Shown here in pieces: positions 18,876 to 29,038 of a stretch of DNA of 64,000 bases. This DNA is from Candidatus Microgenomates bacterium (GTDB lineage: Bacteria > Patescibacteriota > Microgenomatia > UBA8517). The stretch spans positions 193 to 64,192 of the forward strand of contig JBEKQV010000001.1 of NCBI GenBank assembly GCA_049519355.1, in the 5' to 3' direction. Position numbers and translations under genes: made by a program. The number at the start of each line of letters is the position of its first letter. The first letter of the stretch is position 1. The notes below the pieces were generated by a model, which saw only the letters and a program-made list of their open reading frames with translations, was not told the DNA's origin and searched no databases.

Positions 18876-19810
18876 GCGAGATTTTGGATATACCAATCAA
18901 TGGTATTTTTTAGTCCCTCTTCGAAAGACGTTTTTGCTTTAAAACCAAATTCTTTATTTGCCAGTGAAACGTCAAGCATTCTTCTGGGTTGTCCGTTCGG
19001 TTTCGTCCTATCCCAAACAATTTTTCCTTCAAAACCACTTAACTTCTTAATCAGTTTTGCCAAATCACGGATTTTAATTTCAAAACCGGCTCCGAGATTT
19101 ACAGGATCCTCTTTGTTATATCTTTCAGCTGCCAAAACCAGTGCTTCAGCGGCATCGTCAACATATAAAAACTCTCGAGAAGCATTTCCAGTCCCCCACA
19201 CAATCACTTCTTTGTCTCCTTTTTGTTTCGCTTCGACAAATTTCCTGATGAGAGCCGGAATTACATGAGAAGATTTCGGATTAAAATTATCCCCCGGCCC
19301 ATAAAGATTTACGGGTAAAAGAAAGATTGCATTGAATCCGTACTGTTGACGGTAAGCCTGCGCTTGAACCAACTGCATTTTTTTGGCAAGCCCGTATGGT
19401 GCATTTGTTTCTTCCGGATATCCATACCAAAGATTTTTTTCTTTAAAAGGAACCGGAGTAAACTTCGGGTAGGCGCAAATCGTTCCCAGAGCAATATACT
19501 TCTTAACTTTCGCGGCTTTTCCCGCCATCATCATGAAAGTTCCCATTAATATATTGTCATCAAAAAGATTTGCCGGAAATTCCCTGTTGTATCCAATCCC
19601 GCCAACATTTGCCGCCAAATGAATTATTATATCTCCCTTCTTGGCAACCTTCAGGCAGTCCTCATATTTCCTAAGGTCATACTCGGGATGCTTAGGAATA
19701 AAAATACTCCTAGGCTTTTTTGCTTTAATTTTTGCAACTAAATGTTTTCCAAGAAAGCCGTTCCCACCCGTAACCACAACTCTTTTACCTGTCCAAAAAT
19801 TTTTAGCCAT
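18872..19810 (-). CDS. fcl: GDP-L-fucose synthase (GDP-4-keto-6-deoxy-D-mannose 3,5-epimerase/4-reductase)
   Basis: 312 aa. KRVVVTGGNGFLGKHL...HLAANVGGIGYN...YGYPEETNAPYGLAKKM...LPVNLYGPGDNF, the Fcl/WcaG signature blocks. Confidence 0.8.
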   Translation of the reverse strand: MAKNFWTGKRVVVTGGNGFLGKHLVAKIKAKKPRSIFIPKHPEYDLRKYEDCLKVAKKGDIIIHLAANVGGIGYNREFPANLFDDNILMGTFMMMAGKAAKVKKYIALGTICAYPKFTPVPFKEKNLWYGYPEETNAPYGLAKKMQLVQAQAYRQQYGFNAIFLLPVNLYGPGDNFNPKSSHVIPALIRKFVEAKQKGDKEVIVWGTGNASREFLYVDDAAEALVLAAERYNKEDPVNLGAGFEIKIRDLAKLIKKLSGFEGKIVWDRTKPNGQPRRMLDVSLANKEFGFKAKTSFEEGLKNTIDWYIQNLA

Positions 19811-19866
19811 TTTCCAAAAAAGAAACTAAAAGAAGTATAAACGAAAGAGCGTAAAAAGCAAAAAGG

Positions 19867-20862
19867 CTATCGGCAAATTTTTTCGTAAAGTGCAAGGGTT
19901 TCCATGGCAGTCTTTTCCCAACTGTAAACCCGTGGAAGTCTTACATCTCTATTAGGGCTCAGGATTGCCCCTGCTATAGCCTTAGCGTTGTTAGGATCAA
20001 CATATTTTAGATCGTCACCCAATATTTCAACAAGGGCTTGAGTTTTCGAAGCGGCAAGAGGAGTTCCACAGGCAACCGCCTCAAGTGCCGGAATGCCAAA
20101 CCCTTCGTACAAAGAAGGTTGAACATAAACCGACGCCAAATTATAAATCGCAACCAAATCACTGTCGGGAACAAAACCCAATCTAATTACGCCGGACCAG
20201 TCAATATTCCTTAAATGCCTAAGTTCCGGGTGGTTTAGATCCAACTTTTCAATTTCTTTCGTCTGCTTACCAGCCATAACAAGCGGAATCTTGGCAATTT
20301 TACAAGCTTCAACCAAAGTTGGAATATTTTTATTATAATTCACATCCCCGACATACAAAGCAAACCGACTTGGTAATTTATATCGGTTTGTAATTTCCGT
20401 TTTCCATTTCCCGTTTTCAATTTTTCTGTATGCCTTCGGTGGCGCCAGGTAAGTTACATTAACTATCTCCGGATTAACTTCCAAGAATCTGCAAATATCT
20501 TTTTTGGATGTTTCCGTAATGGTAATAATTGCGTCCGCATTTTTTAATATCAATCGTTTATTCCTAATCCAATTAATTTTTCCCCTTACTCCCGGAGGAA
20601 AATGCGAAGGATAAATTAGAGGTATAAGATCGTAAATTGTTAATACAAACTTAGTATTCTTAGGCTTTAGCGGAGGCAACGAAACAAAAAAAGGATTAAA
20701 ACGGGTAAAATGAACCAAATCATATTTACTCAAATCTTCTTTCGAAACATCAACTCCCTCTATTTTCAAAGCTTTGAGAAGCTCACGGGTATATACACCA
20801 ATTCCGCGAACCGCATCACCACCGTTGAGAGGCCCCGAATCAATCGCAACTTTTGGTATCAT
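19867..20862 (-). CDS. Family 4 glycosyltransferase (GT-B)
   Basis: RGIGVYTRELLKAL at the N-terminus and EGFGIPALEAVACGTPLAASK in the C-domain. The ATG at 20862 gives an ATGA overlap with the upstream stop; the ORF-track TTG at 20874 is less likely. Confidence 0.7.
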   Translation of the reverse strand: MIPKVAIDSGPLNGGDAVRGIGVYTRELLKALKIEGVDVSKEDLSKYDLVHFTRFNPFFVSLPPLKPKNTKFVLTIYDLIPLIYPSHFPPGVRGKINWIRNKRLILKNADAIITITETSKKDICRFLEVNPEIVNVTYLAPPKAYRKIENGKWKTEITNRYKLPSRFALYVGDVNYNKNIPTLVEACKIAKIPLVMAGKQTKEIEKLDLNHPELRHLRNIDWSGVIRLGFVPDSDLVAIYNLASVYVQPSLYEGFGIPALEAVACGTPLAASKTQALVEILGDDLKYVDPNNAKAIAGAILSPNRDVRLPRVYSWEKTAMETLALYEKICR

Positions 20863-21959
20863 AGATCCTTCCAATTATATCTTTTTAGAAAAGAAAAGAG
20901 CAAAGATGAAAGATCCAGATAAAGAAATGGCAAAATTATTATAAAATAGCGCGTAAACGGAACCTCGGTGCTAACTAAAATAAGGTAGATTATTGGTAAA
21001 ATGTAAAAGAAAAATTTGATATCTTTTAATTTTGTTTTCAAAACCAAAATTAGTGAAGCAAGCAAAGATACCGGCCAGAAAAGACTCCAAACACTCGACC
21101 TTACCACCCCGTTTTGCCACCAGGGTGCGAAATAACCGGATAAAAATAGCAAGATCGATCCTCCCCATGAACCGGCTGAATTATGCGTAATCATAAATTT
21201 TAAAACCCTTCCTTCGAATAGAAAAATGTTAAACAGTCCCCCGGCTTTAATAAACGATACCGTGTAAGTTAAAGAGAAAACTACGGCCGCAATAACGAAG
21301 CTTGTTAAGATTTTTCTGAAATTAATCTTTTCTTTTTTAATGAGAATTTTATATCCAAAGATTAAAAATATAAAAATCAGCACGGTTGACCAAAATTTTG
21401 AAGCAGCAAAAAGTCCCAGAGTAATTCCCTGCAAAATAAAATTTTCGGGATAAAAAAATATCAAAATGATATACGAAAGCGCAAAAACTGCCTGTCCCAG
21501 ATCAAGAAGAGCCTCGTTCATCATACCAGAAAAAACAGGGTCAATTAAAAGCAGTAAAACGCCGACAAAAGAAAGCCAAGCATTTTTGAAAAGTTTCATT
21601 CCTAGTATAAAAGTCAAAAAAAGCAAAAGAAGCGCGAAAATTACTTGAATATAAAACGGATTTCCAGTTAAAAGTGTCGAAAAGCCGAAAAGGTACTTCA
21701 TAAGAGGAGGGTGCTGAAAATTATATTCCGTCGGATCCGTCCCCTTTGCATATAGATAACCTGTTGCAATATAAATATCGTTATCTGATATAAAAATCCT
21801 GTCTTTAATTTTTCCCAATGAATCTTCAATGTCCTGAGAGCGTAAATATTGTGGAACTAAATTCAAACTAAACTTATATTTAAAAATGTCCTGATGTTTT
21901 ACAAAAAGATAAATAAAAAAGAGAATCGTTATCAAAATATACGGAAGAATTTTTTTCAT
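20859..21959 (-). CDS. Polytopic membrane protein with an HPPL motif (GT-C-like); unknown function
   Basis: 366 aa. The FQHPPLMKYL loop motif resembles the PMT_2/ArnT family. It has 9 or more hydrophobic segments. Confidence 0.4.
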   Translation of the reverse strand: MKKILPYILITILFFIYLFVKHQDIFKYKFSLNLVPQYLRSQDIEDSLGKIKDRIFISDNDIYIATGYLYAKGTDPTEYNFQHPPLMKYLFGFSTLLTGNPFYIQVIFALLLLFLTFILGMKLFKNAWLSFVGVLLLLIDPVFSGMMNEALLDLGQAVFALSYIILIFFYPENFILQGITLGLFAASKFWSTVLIFIFLIFGYKILIKKEKINFRKILTSFVIAAVVFSLTYTVSFIKAGGLFNIFLFEGRVLKFMITHNSAGSWGGSILLFLSGYFAPWWQNGVVRSSVWSLFWPVSLLASLILVLKTKLKDIKFFFYILPIIYLILVSTEVPFTRYFIIILPFLYLDLSSLLFSFLKRYNWKDL

Positions 21960-22822
21960 TGCGTCAGATATTTAAAATACGCAATCGGAAAATGCATCGA
22001 GGAAAAGAAACTCCAAAGAAATCCCCCGGTTCCGTCCAAAAAACCGAGATGGCGAAAGTAGAGATTAAAAAGAGTATACTTGGGCTTCAATATTGTATAT
22101 AAAATAAAATTCCAGGAGTTCTTGGGAACCACTTTGGATTTTAGTTCTTCCGCCTGAAGATCTGTATAACGGTTAAAACGCACTAAGTACCGTGCAATTG
22201 TCGGTGAATCATAATGATCAAGATCGTTTTCAAGCCAGGAAACTTCTCCGTCGAGTTGCATTTGTTCGTGCACTGATTTTTGCGGAAAGTTTGCTTTTCC
22301 ATTTCTGACGAGACGAATAACGCCGTCAGGGTAAACCCCAGCATGGATTAACGGCTTCCCTAAAAAAATATTTCTTCTTGGAATAAAAAATCCTACCACC
22401 TCCCAGGTATCTTTCCCAATTTTTCCGTCTCTTGCTTCAATCAAGGCTTGATGTCTTCTAAAAAGGCGGGCTTTTCTTCCATCTTTAATTTTCCGGTTCC
22501 TTATTTCGTCATTTGACATGTTGATGACTTCTTTAATTTCGGTTGCAAGCGCTGGGGTAACAACCTCGTCCGCGTCCAGCTGCAATATCCAGTCTCCTGT
22601 AGCCTTTTCCAAAGCCTTTTCCTTTGTTATATGAAAGATCGAATGATGAGGCTCAAGAAAGACTTTTGCACCGTATTCTTTAGCAATATCTCCAGTTCTA
22701 TCCGTTGAATATTCATCCACCACAATAATTTCATCGGCAATCCCTTTCACCGACTCAAGGCACCTACCGATACTCCCCTCTTCGTTTCTCGTTGCCAAAA
22801 CTACGGACAATTTTTTATTCAT
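21956..22822 (-). CDS. Family 2 glycosyltransferase
   Basis: KLSVVLATRNEEGSIGRCLESVKGIADEIIVVDEYSTDRT...LQLDADE. ATG at 22822. Confidence 0.7.
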   Translation of the reverse strand: MNKKLSVVLATRNEEGSIGRCLESVKGIADEIIVVDEYSTDRTGDIAKEYGAKVFLEPHHSIFHITKEKALEKATGDWILQLDADEVVTPALATEIKEVINMSNDEIRNRKIKDGRKARLFRRHQALIEARDGKIGKDTWEVVGFFIPRRNIFLGKPLIHAGVYPDGVIRLVRNGKANFPQKSVHEQMQLDGEVSWLENDLDHYDSPTIARYLVRFNRYTDLQAEELKSKVVPKNSWNFILYTILKPKYTLFNLYFRHLGFLDGTGGFLWSFFSSMHFPIAYFKYLTQ

Positions 22823-22823
22823 A

Positions 22824-24197
22824 TTATTTTGAAACAATATCAGATAAGCCATAGTATTCCGCGACAGTCCGATTTGTCCAATTATCTGGATATCCTTTAA
22901 TCTGAACTGAAGGAATTAATCCATTTTCCGGAAGTTTAGGAACCGTTATGGTTCCTTTTATATGTTTTAGGGAATCAATTCTAAGTAAGGATATCATATT
23001 GTCATACGCCAAACTATAACTTCGGGCAATATAAAAGTCCGTTCCAAGAGACGATTCTATCCTAAACGATGAAAAAATAAACAAAAAAGCTGCCCCAGAA
23101 ATTATCAACCTAAATATTGGAAAACGCTCAGCCCTAAGCAGTGCAAAAACCTGACCTAAATAAAAAGCCGCAATTTCAAGACTAACCAGCAGTATAAAAG
23201 CCAAGGTTATATCCGACCTGTCAGGAGGAATCCTTCCCAAAGTTTTAAAGGCCGGCAAAACATAAATGACGCTTAAAAATACTGGCAAACTCATGGCTAT
23301 GAAGGTTTTACTGATTGAAGTTTCTAAACTAGTCTCTGCAGATTTAAAGGTTGAAAAAAGATATGCTAAGCAGCCAAAAAGTGTCAGGATAAACAAATAG
23401 TTTCCGGCAAAAATTGAATAAAGAATACTCGGGCCTGTCTGCAAAGAATATAGTATAGCGCCTCCCAGACTCATCGGATTTGATCCTCCCCCAACAAGCC
23501 TGACTCTGTTTCCCGGCGCAAAATAAACAACGGCAAATGATCCCCATGACACCAAGAAAAGCAAAGCCGCCATTGGTTTCATCTTTTTAGCACAAAATGA
23601 ATAGGTCAAGAAACCCATGGTTACTACAACAATAAGAGTAGCCACAGTTTCATTACCCCCGACCGCCAAGAAAAGAAAAAGAGAAGCCAAAACGTAGGAA
23701 AAAATTTTATAATTTCTAATTAGAACAATACCAATTACAAAAACTAAAAAAATAATCGGCCACAAATAAGTTACGCTCCCCGATAGCCAATACCAGCTTT
23801 CAGACTTGTTGGGTGTCAAAACGTACAACGAGACTAGTGAAATCAAAGAAAAAGTCACTATATACAAAATATTTTTTTGAACGGAAATCTTGCGGAATAT
23901 AATCAATAAAGAAATAATAAAAACTCCCAAAGTAACAAGAGAATATATTAGAGTTTTACTATTCACACCCGACATTAGACTGAAAAGCATTTGTAAAAAG
24001 GTTGAGGTAAATCGTCCGGTCCAATTTATATACCAATTTTTCTCAGCACCGAAAAAACCCAATCTTTTGGCCATGTCAGCATAACTGAAGTCGTCGGCAG
24101 CCATTCTTCCGAAAGGAATAATCGAAAAAAACTTAATTAGCCCAAGCACCACACCCGTCAAAACGGAAAAAACAACATATTTAGATAATTTTTTCAT
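22824..24197 (-). CDS. Polytopic membrane protein; I speculate a Wzy/O-antigen-polymerase-like role
   Basis: 457 aa with about 12 transmembrane segments. No nucleotide-binding or GT-A/B motifs. Confidence 0.3.
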   Translation of the reverse strand: MKKLSKYVVFSVLTGVVLGLIKFFSIIPFGRMAADDFSYADMAKRLGFFGAEKNWYINWTGRFTSTFLQMLFSLMSGVNSKTLIYSLVTLGVFIISLLIIFRKISVQKNILYIVTFSLISLVSLYVLTPNKSESWYWLSGSVTYLWPIIFLVFVIGIVLIRNYKIFSYVLASLFLFLAVGGNETVATLIVVVTMGFLTYSFCAKKMKPMAALLFLVSWGSFAVVYFAPGNRVRLVGGGSNPMSLGGAILYSLQTGPSILYSIFAGNYLFILTLFGCLAYLFSTFKSAETSLETSISKTFIAMSLPVFLSVIYVLPAFKTLGRIPPDRSDITLAFILLVSLEIAAFYLGQVFALLRAERFPIFRLIISGAAFLFIFSSFRIESSLGTDFYIARSYSLAYDNMISLLRIDSLKHIKGTITVPKLPENGLIPSVQIKGYPDNWTNRTVAEYYGLSDIVSK

Positions 24198-24211
24198 TTA
24201 TGACTTTATCT

Positions 24212-25819
24212 CTACCACTCGGATTCGTGAGCCGATACTAAAAAGTATGCATCAGAGCCATCTGGATATTTTATCAAATCTTTTATATCAAATGACGATC
24301 TATACATTAACCCATCATATTGGCTTGGTGTAAGAACGTAAAGAACAAATGGAAGAGGTTGGCTATTTATGGGGTCCCAACCCGAAAATTGGAAAATCCC
24401 GAAAGATTGGGCAACATTATAGCTTTTGCTCTGGCTCTCATCATAAACAACAGTTCTGAGATAATCCTGAACGGGGTAATGGAGGTAGTTCAAAATAAAA
24501 ATGTAGGGTTGTTGTCTGTCTTTAGTCATATAGACCCTTTCATACTCGGGATGGTCTTTAATATAAGTGGCAATTTGCTTCATACCATACTGCCACTCAA
24601 TGGCATCCTTTTTGGCATATTTCGTATAGTAATAATTCAAGTAACTTGAAAATTCCCAAAGCATCGGCACAAATGCCGCAATAACCAAAGCACCCTGAAA
24701 CATTTTATTTTTAAAAAGATTTACAATACTATACAGTCCATAAGCGGCTATTAGTTGTTCGCTTCCCATGATAAAAAGCCCTCTAGCCGCATTTGGTGTT
24801 GTCCCCGCTAAAGTTCCCGGTATCGGAGCAAGCGCTATCCAGCCAAGAAGCACTAGCCACTCTTTCCTCGGTTTAATTAACATTGCCAAAATTCCCATAA
24901 GCAGTAATAAAGCATCGATTTGATAAAACTCCCCGAAAAATTTTACCGAATTTCTTGGATTTTGGTCACCGCTAAGAAAAAGGTAATCTACTGAGAAATA
25001 TTTCGGATAATTACTAGCCGCAATCTGGGCAATTCCCAAGTACTTATTTCCGGTTTTCTTAAAAAGGCTTGTGGCTTTAATCATATCCTCACCAAACATT
25101 GTTTGCTGGGCCCTGGCAAAACCGAGAAGCTTGGGGTTTAAGGCAAAACCTAGAATAAAAAAACCAAGGATAAGTCCGCTAACAATAAGTGCCTTCTTAT
25201 TTTTAATCAAATCTTTAAAGTACAAAATACAAAGAAGAATGATCATCGGCGGCACAACAACAATTGAAGATTGATAAGAATATAAACTCAATCCAAAACC
25301 TAAAAAGGCCAAGGGAAAATACCAATGGTTCTTTTCTTTCCCCAGATAAAAAAACAGTAGACCAAAAATAAAGAAGAAGAATGCAAAATTTACTTCCCAC
25401 AATCCTCTAGAAAACTGTAAATGATATGGCGATATCGCCAAAAAAATCGCCGCCAGGTATGCCGGAAGATCTTTTTTAAATAAACTTTTTGCTAAGAAAA
25501 ATATTACGGCAACCCCAAGTACCCCAAAGACAGCGCTGGGAAAACGCGTACTAAAATCGCTAGGCCCTATAAATTTAACAAATACGGCATCTATATAAAT
25601 ATGAACCGGGTGCTTATCATCGTAAAAGGATTGAAAAACCAAAGGAAATTTGTGACCCCATTCGTCAACTCCCCAATTGGCAATCGTATAAGCATTGTAA
25701 CCCGCATCTACCTCGTCCCAGTTTAATGACGGGGGAATTTGGTCAAGTTTGTAAATCCGGAGGAATGCAGCGCCAACCAAAATAGCGAAAAGAATATAAT
25801 ATTTAAGATTTTTTTTCAT
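24212..25819 (-). CDS. GT-C membrane glycosyltransferase, PMT_2/ArnT-like (family A, paralog 1)
   Basis: 535 aa. Loop-1 LNWDEVDAGYNAYTIANWGVDEWG, mid-protein DYLFLSGDQNPRNS and C-terminal AIEWQYGMKQ are shared with the other family-A members. Confidence 0.65.
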   Translation of the reverse strand: MKKNLKYYILFAILVGAAFLRIYKLDQIPPSLNWDEVDAGYNAYTIANWGVDEWGHKFPLVFQSFYDDKHPVHIYIDAVFVKFIGPSDFSTRFPSAVFGVLGVAVIFFLAKSLFKKDLPAYLAAIFLAISPYHLQFSRGLWEVNFAFFFFIFGLLFFYLGKEKNHWYFPLAFLGFGLSLYSYQSSIVVVPPMIILLCILYFKDLIKNKKALIVSGLILGFFILGFALNPKLLGFARAQQTMFGEDMIKATSLFKKTGNKYLGIAQIAASNYPKYFSVDYLFLSGDQNPRNSVKFFGEFYQIDALLLLMGILAMLIKPRKEWLVLLGWIALAPIPGTLAGTTPNAARGLFIMGSEQLIAAYGLYSIVNLFKNKMFQGALVIAAFVPMLWEFSSYLNYYYTKYAKKDAIEWQYGMKQIATYIKDHPEYERVYMTKDRQQPYIFILNYLHYPVQDYLRTVVYDESQSKSYNVAQSFGIFQFSGWDPINSQPLPFVLYVLTPSQYDGLMYRSSFDIKDLIKYPDGSDAYFLVSAHESEW

Positions 25820-27348
25820 CTAGAATAAATCCAAAGGGAAACTGTTCCGTTCAAATTCTTGATTTCGCCAACAGGGTTAACCCCTTTTATTTTGTCATCG
25901 TTACTGGCAAAAACCAGTGTATTTTTTTGCAAATCGGTGAGCTGAATCTTCTTAAAAACAAATTTACCAAAGCTTTCTACTGTCGAAAAACCCCAATTAT
26001 TTACGGGGTTATACATCACCGTCTGCCTAAAAGAATTAGGGTCATATTTTAGATAAAAAAGCGCAAATATATACGGCTGGGCATAATCGTCTGAGATAAT
26101 TACCTTATTATATTTTGCAAAATCATTTTTGTATGTCAAGAAAATTTCCTTATATCCATATTGCCAATCCCCCGAATTCTTTTGGGAATAACTATTAATA
26201 AAATGCCAAAAGTTGAGACCGAATAAAACTAAATATAAAATCACAACCAATACCAGCACAACAGATTTATAAATCTTGGGAATTATTTGAATAAAATAGT
26301 TTAACCCAATGGCACAAATAATCGCCAAGGCTGGAGCAAATAATATTGCTCTTAAAGCGTGCGGTGATTGTGTAGTTATTGCTGCAGGAATTGGAGAAAG
26401 AATTAATAAAAAAAATGGTAAATAAAGTTTTAAATTCCTTTTCTTGAAAATATATATTAACCCGAAGAAAAATAGCGGCAAATCCACTAAATAAACTTCC
26501 CCGTTCCCAAACCCATTGCTACGGGAATTGCTATCACCCGAGATAAATAGAAAGTTGAGACTATAATGAGAAAGATAATTTCCCGTAATTTGCGGGATGC
26601 TTGAAAGCTTTAGTGGAACCCCTACGGTACTTAGCCTAACTGCACCGGCATCATACTTATACAATCGATATATCGGTATAACGGAAACCAAAAGGAATGC
26701 AAAAGATATGATTAGTGGTACTACATAATTCTTCATTTTGCTTCTGTTAGTTAACAAAAATACAGGAACAGTAATTAAAAGAAATAAAGGCAAAATTACT
26801 CTAAAAGAGTTGTAGCTGTAAATTGAGCCGATAAACGAAAAGGATGCCACGATAAACCATTGAGGATTATCAAGAGCGAGAATAGATAAATATATCCCAA
26901 GGAGAAAAAACATCACTCCTGCCGAAGCTTCGTACCCTACCCTTGAAAAAATGAAAAACCATGGTGAAATTGATATAAAGAAGGCAGAAAAAAGAGCCGC
27001 AGATTTATTTTTCGCTATTTTCAAAGTAAGAAGAAACAAAATAATTACCGTTCCCAGGGAAAAAAGCACAGCGGGAAATCTGACACTAAATTCACTAAGT
27101 CCAAAAAGTTTTACAAAAATAGCGGTTGTATATATATAAACAGGTAGCTTAAACTCACCAAAGGCCCGAAAATGTACCGGAAGGATTGCCCCCCACTCAT
27201 CTTTTAAATTTTGCGAAATAGAATAGGCGTTATAACCAATCGAAGCCTCATCCCAATAAAGTGAGGGCGGGCTTTTGGTAATTCTAAATAAACGGGTGAA
27301 AAGAAAGAGAGCAACAATTAGACTCAGCAGAAGATACAATTTCTTCAT
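25816..27348 (-). CDS. GT-C membrane glycosyltransferase, family A paralog 2
   Basis: 510 aa. LYWDEASIGYNAYSISQNLKDEWG, NFLFISGDSNSRSNGFG, SGDWQYGYKE. Confidence 0.65.
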   Translation of the reverse strand: MKKLYLLLSLIVALFLFTRLFRITKSPPSLYWDEASIGYNAYSISQNLKDEWGAILPVHFRAFGEFKLPVYIYTTAIFVKLFGLSEFSVRFPAVLFSLGTVIILFLLTLKIAKNKSAALFSAFFISISPWFFIFSRVGYEASAGVMFFLLGIYLSILALDNPQWFIVASFSFIGSIYSYNSFRVILPLFLLITVPVFLLTNRSKMKNYVVPLIISFAFLLVSVIPIYRLYKYDAGAVRLSTVGVPLKLSSIPQITGNYLSHYSLNFLFISGDSNSRSNGFGNGEVYLVDLPLFFFGLIYIFKKRNLKLYLPFFLLILSPIPAAITTQSPHALRAILFAPALAIICAIGLNYFIQIIPKIYKSVVLVLVVILYLVLFGLNFWHFINSYSQKNSGDWQYGYKEIFLTYKNDFAKYNKVIISDDYAQPYIFALFYLKYDPNSFRQTVMYNPVNNWGFSTVESFGKFVFKKIQLTDLQKNTLVFASNDDKIKGVNPVGEIKNLNGTVSLWIYSR

Positions 27349-28997
27349 ATTTTCTGAACAATTTGGAAGTCCCCCTTACCGTCAAGGAAATTAATCTGAT
27401 CTAAAATCGGGGTACCTACAGGAAAATCGCCAGGTTTACCGATAAAAAGAATCTTTTTGCCGGGATTGGCTTTGAGTACATCCTGATAATGAGTTCCCGA
27501 ATCTCCCAGATCAGGAAAGTAAAACTTATCAAACTTTAAAACCCATTCCCAATTATTGGCTATAAATCTATCCAAATTAGGATTATTTTGATATTTAGCC
27601 GGATCATATTTCAAGTAAAAGAGCGTAAACATATACGGCTCGCCATATGTGCGGGACATTACAATTAGATCGTAGTTATTGTAATTCTTCTGGATATAAG
27701 AAACGGCTTGCTCATAACCATATTGCCAATCTTCGGAATATTTGTATGGGTAGACATCGTAAAAAAGATAAAGATAATGATAAAAATTGTAAGCCGCAAA
27801 AACTATCGTTGCACCCCAGACTATATAACTAATTATTTTCTTGTCCTTAAGCCATAAATATGTTTCATAAATTCCATAGGCGGTAATCATCTCGTAAAAC
27901 GGCTCGGCAATTATAGTACGCAATGCATTAGGGATACTGTCATCCGTTGTTGCAACCGGGATAAAAGCAATAAGAAGCCAACTTATAAGTAACCACCTAA
28001 AGGGTGATTTCTTTTTGAAAAGGAAATAAAGTCCCAAAAGAATGAAAGGTGCTTGAAATTGATAAAGTTCCCCCATTCCCTGAACATTATGTTGCTTGTG
28101 CCCCGCGCCGGAAATAAATAAGAAATCGGGGGTAAAATGGGCCAAATAGTTCTCGGTAAAATACATACTTACATAAGTCACCCTGTTATAGATAAGCCTC
28201 GTTAAAAGCGGGGGCAGTTTTGAGTTATTCCTAGCTTGATCGATTCTTGGAATCAGTCCCGGATCATTAGTAATACTAACCAACTTATAACGGTCAGTTG
28301 CCTGCCCATTAAGTACAATTGGAACGAGGGGTGCTACCAAGACAAATAGTAAAATCGCTGCAGCAACGGCAAACTTAATATTTTTAAGAAATTCTTTTCT
28401 GTAAATAATTAAAATCGCGAGAAGGAAAAGCGGTGTAAAAACTCTGGCACTATTGTATGTATAAACTGAAATTGCAAAAGGGACGGCAGATACTATCCAA
28501 TAAATAGGTTTTTTAAATCCCAAAATCAGAAACCAAAGACCGAGAACCACCCAAAGAACTGAAAAAGACGACTCAAAAGAGACCCGGGTTAGCTGAATAT
28601 GCCAAGCCGAAGTCGCAATTAAAAGTGAAGTGAGAAGCGCAACACTTTTCTTTTTAAATAAGACGTAAGTTAGAAAATAAGCAGTCAGAACCGTTAGTAC
28701 TCCGTAAATAACTGGCGTAATCCTGACGGAAAAATCATTTAATCCCAAGAGGGCTATTGCCGGAATTGAAGCGTAAATTTGAGCAGGAAGTTTGTATTCG
28801 CTATAAGATTCAAAATTTAGGGGAAGTTTCACTCCCCATTCATCCTTCCCTGTTTTAAGAATCGAATAGGCATTATATCCGATTGCAACCTCATCCCAAT
28901 TTAACGAGGGTGGATCGGAGGTAAGCTTGTAGAACCTTAAAACAAAAGCCAGCAACAAGACTGCGGCCAAAAGAATAGGGTAAATTATCTTTTTCAT
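27345..28997 (-). CDS. GT-C membrane glycosyltransferase, family A paralog 3
   Basis: LNWDEVAIGYNAYSILKTGKDEWG, DFLFISGAGHKQHNVQGMGELY, SEDWQYGYEQ. I prefer the start at MKKIIYP (28997), which has a GAGAGUGGAG Shine-Dalgarno stretch immediately upstream. Confidence 0.65.
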   Translation of the reverse strand: MKKIIYPILLAAVLLLAFVLRFYKLTSDPPSLNWDEVAIGYNAYSILKTGKDEWGVKLPLNFESYSEYKLPAQIYASIPAIALLGLNDFSVRITPVIYGVLTVLTAYFLTYVLFKKKSVALLTSLLIATSAWHIQLTRVSFESSFSVLWVVLGLWFLILGFKKPIYWIVSAVPFAISVYTYNSARVFTPLFLLAILIIYRKEFLKNIKFAVAAAILLFVLVAPLVPIVLNGQATDRYKLVSITNDPGLIPRIDQARNNSKLPPLLTRLIYNRVTYVSMYFTENYLAHFTPDFLFISGAGHKQHNVQGMGELYQFQAPFILLGLYFLFKKKSPFRWLLISWLLIAFIPVATTDDSIPNALRTIIAEPFYEMITAYGIYETYLWLKDKKIISYIVWGATIVFAAYNFYHYLYLFYDVYPYKYSEDWQYGYEQAVSYIQKNYNNYDLIVMSRTYGEPYMFTLFYLKYDPAKYQNNPNLDRFIANNWEWVLKFDKFYFPDLGDSGTHYQDVLKANPGKKILFIGKPGDFPVGTPILDQINFLDGKGDFQIVQKI

Positions 28998-29038
28998 CTC
29001 CACTCTCATGTTAACAGCTTCAAAACGGCAAGTAAAAT

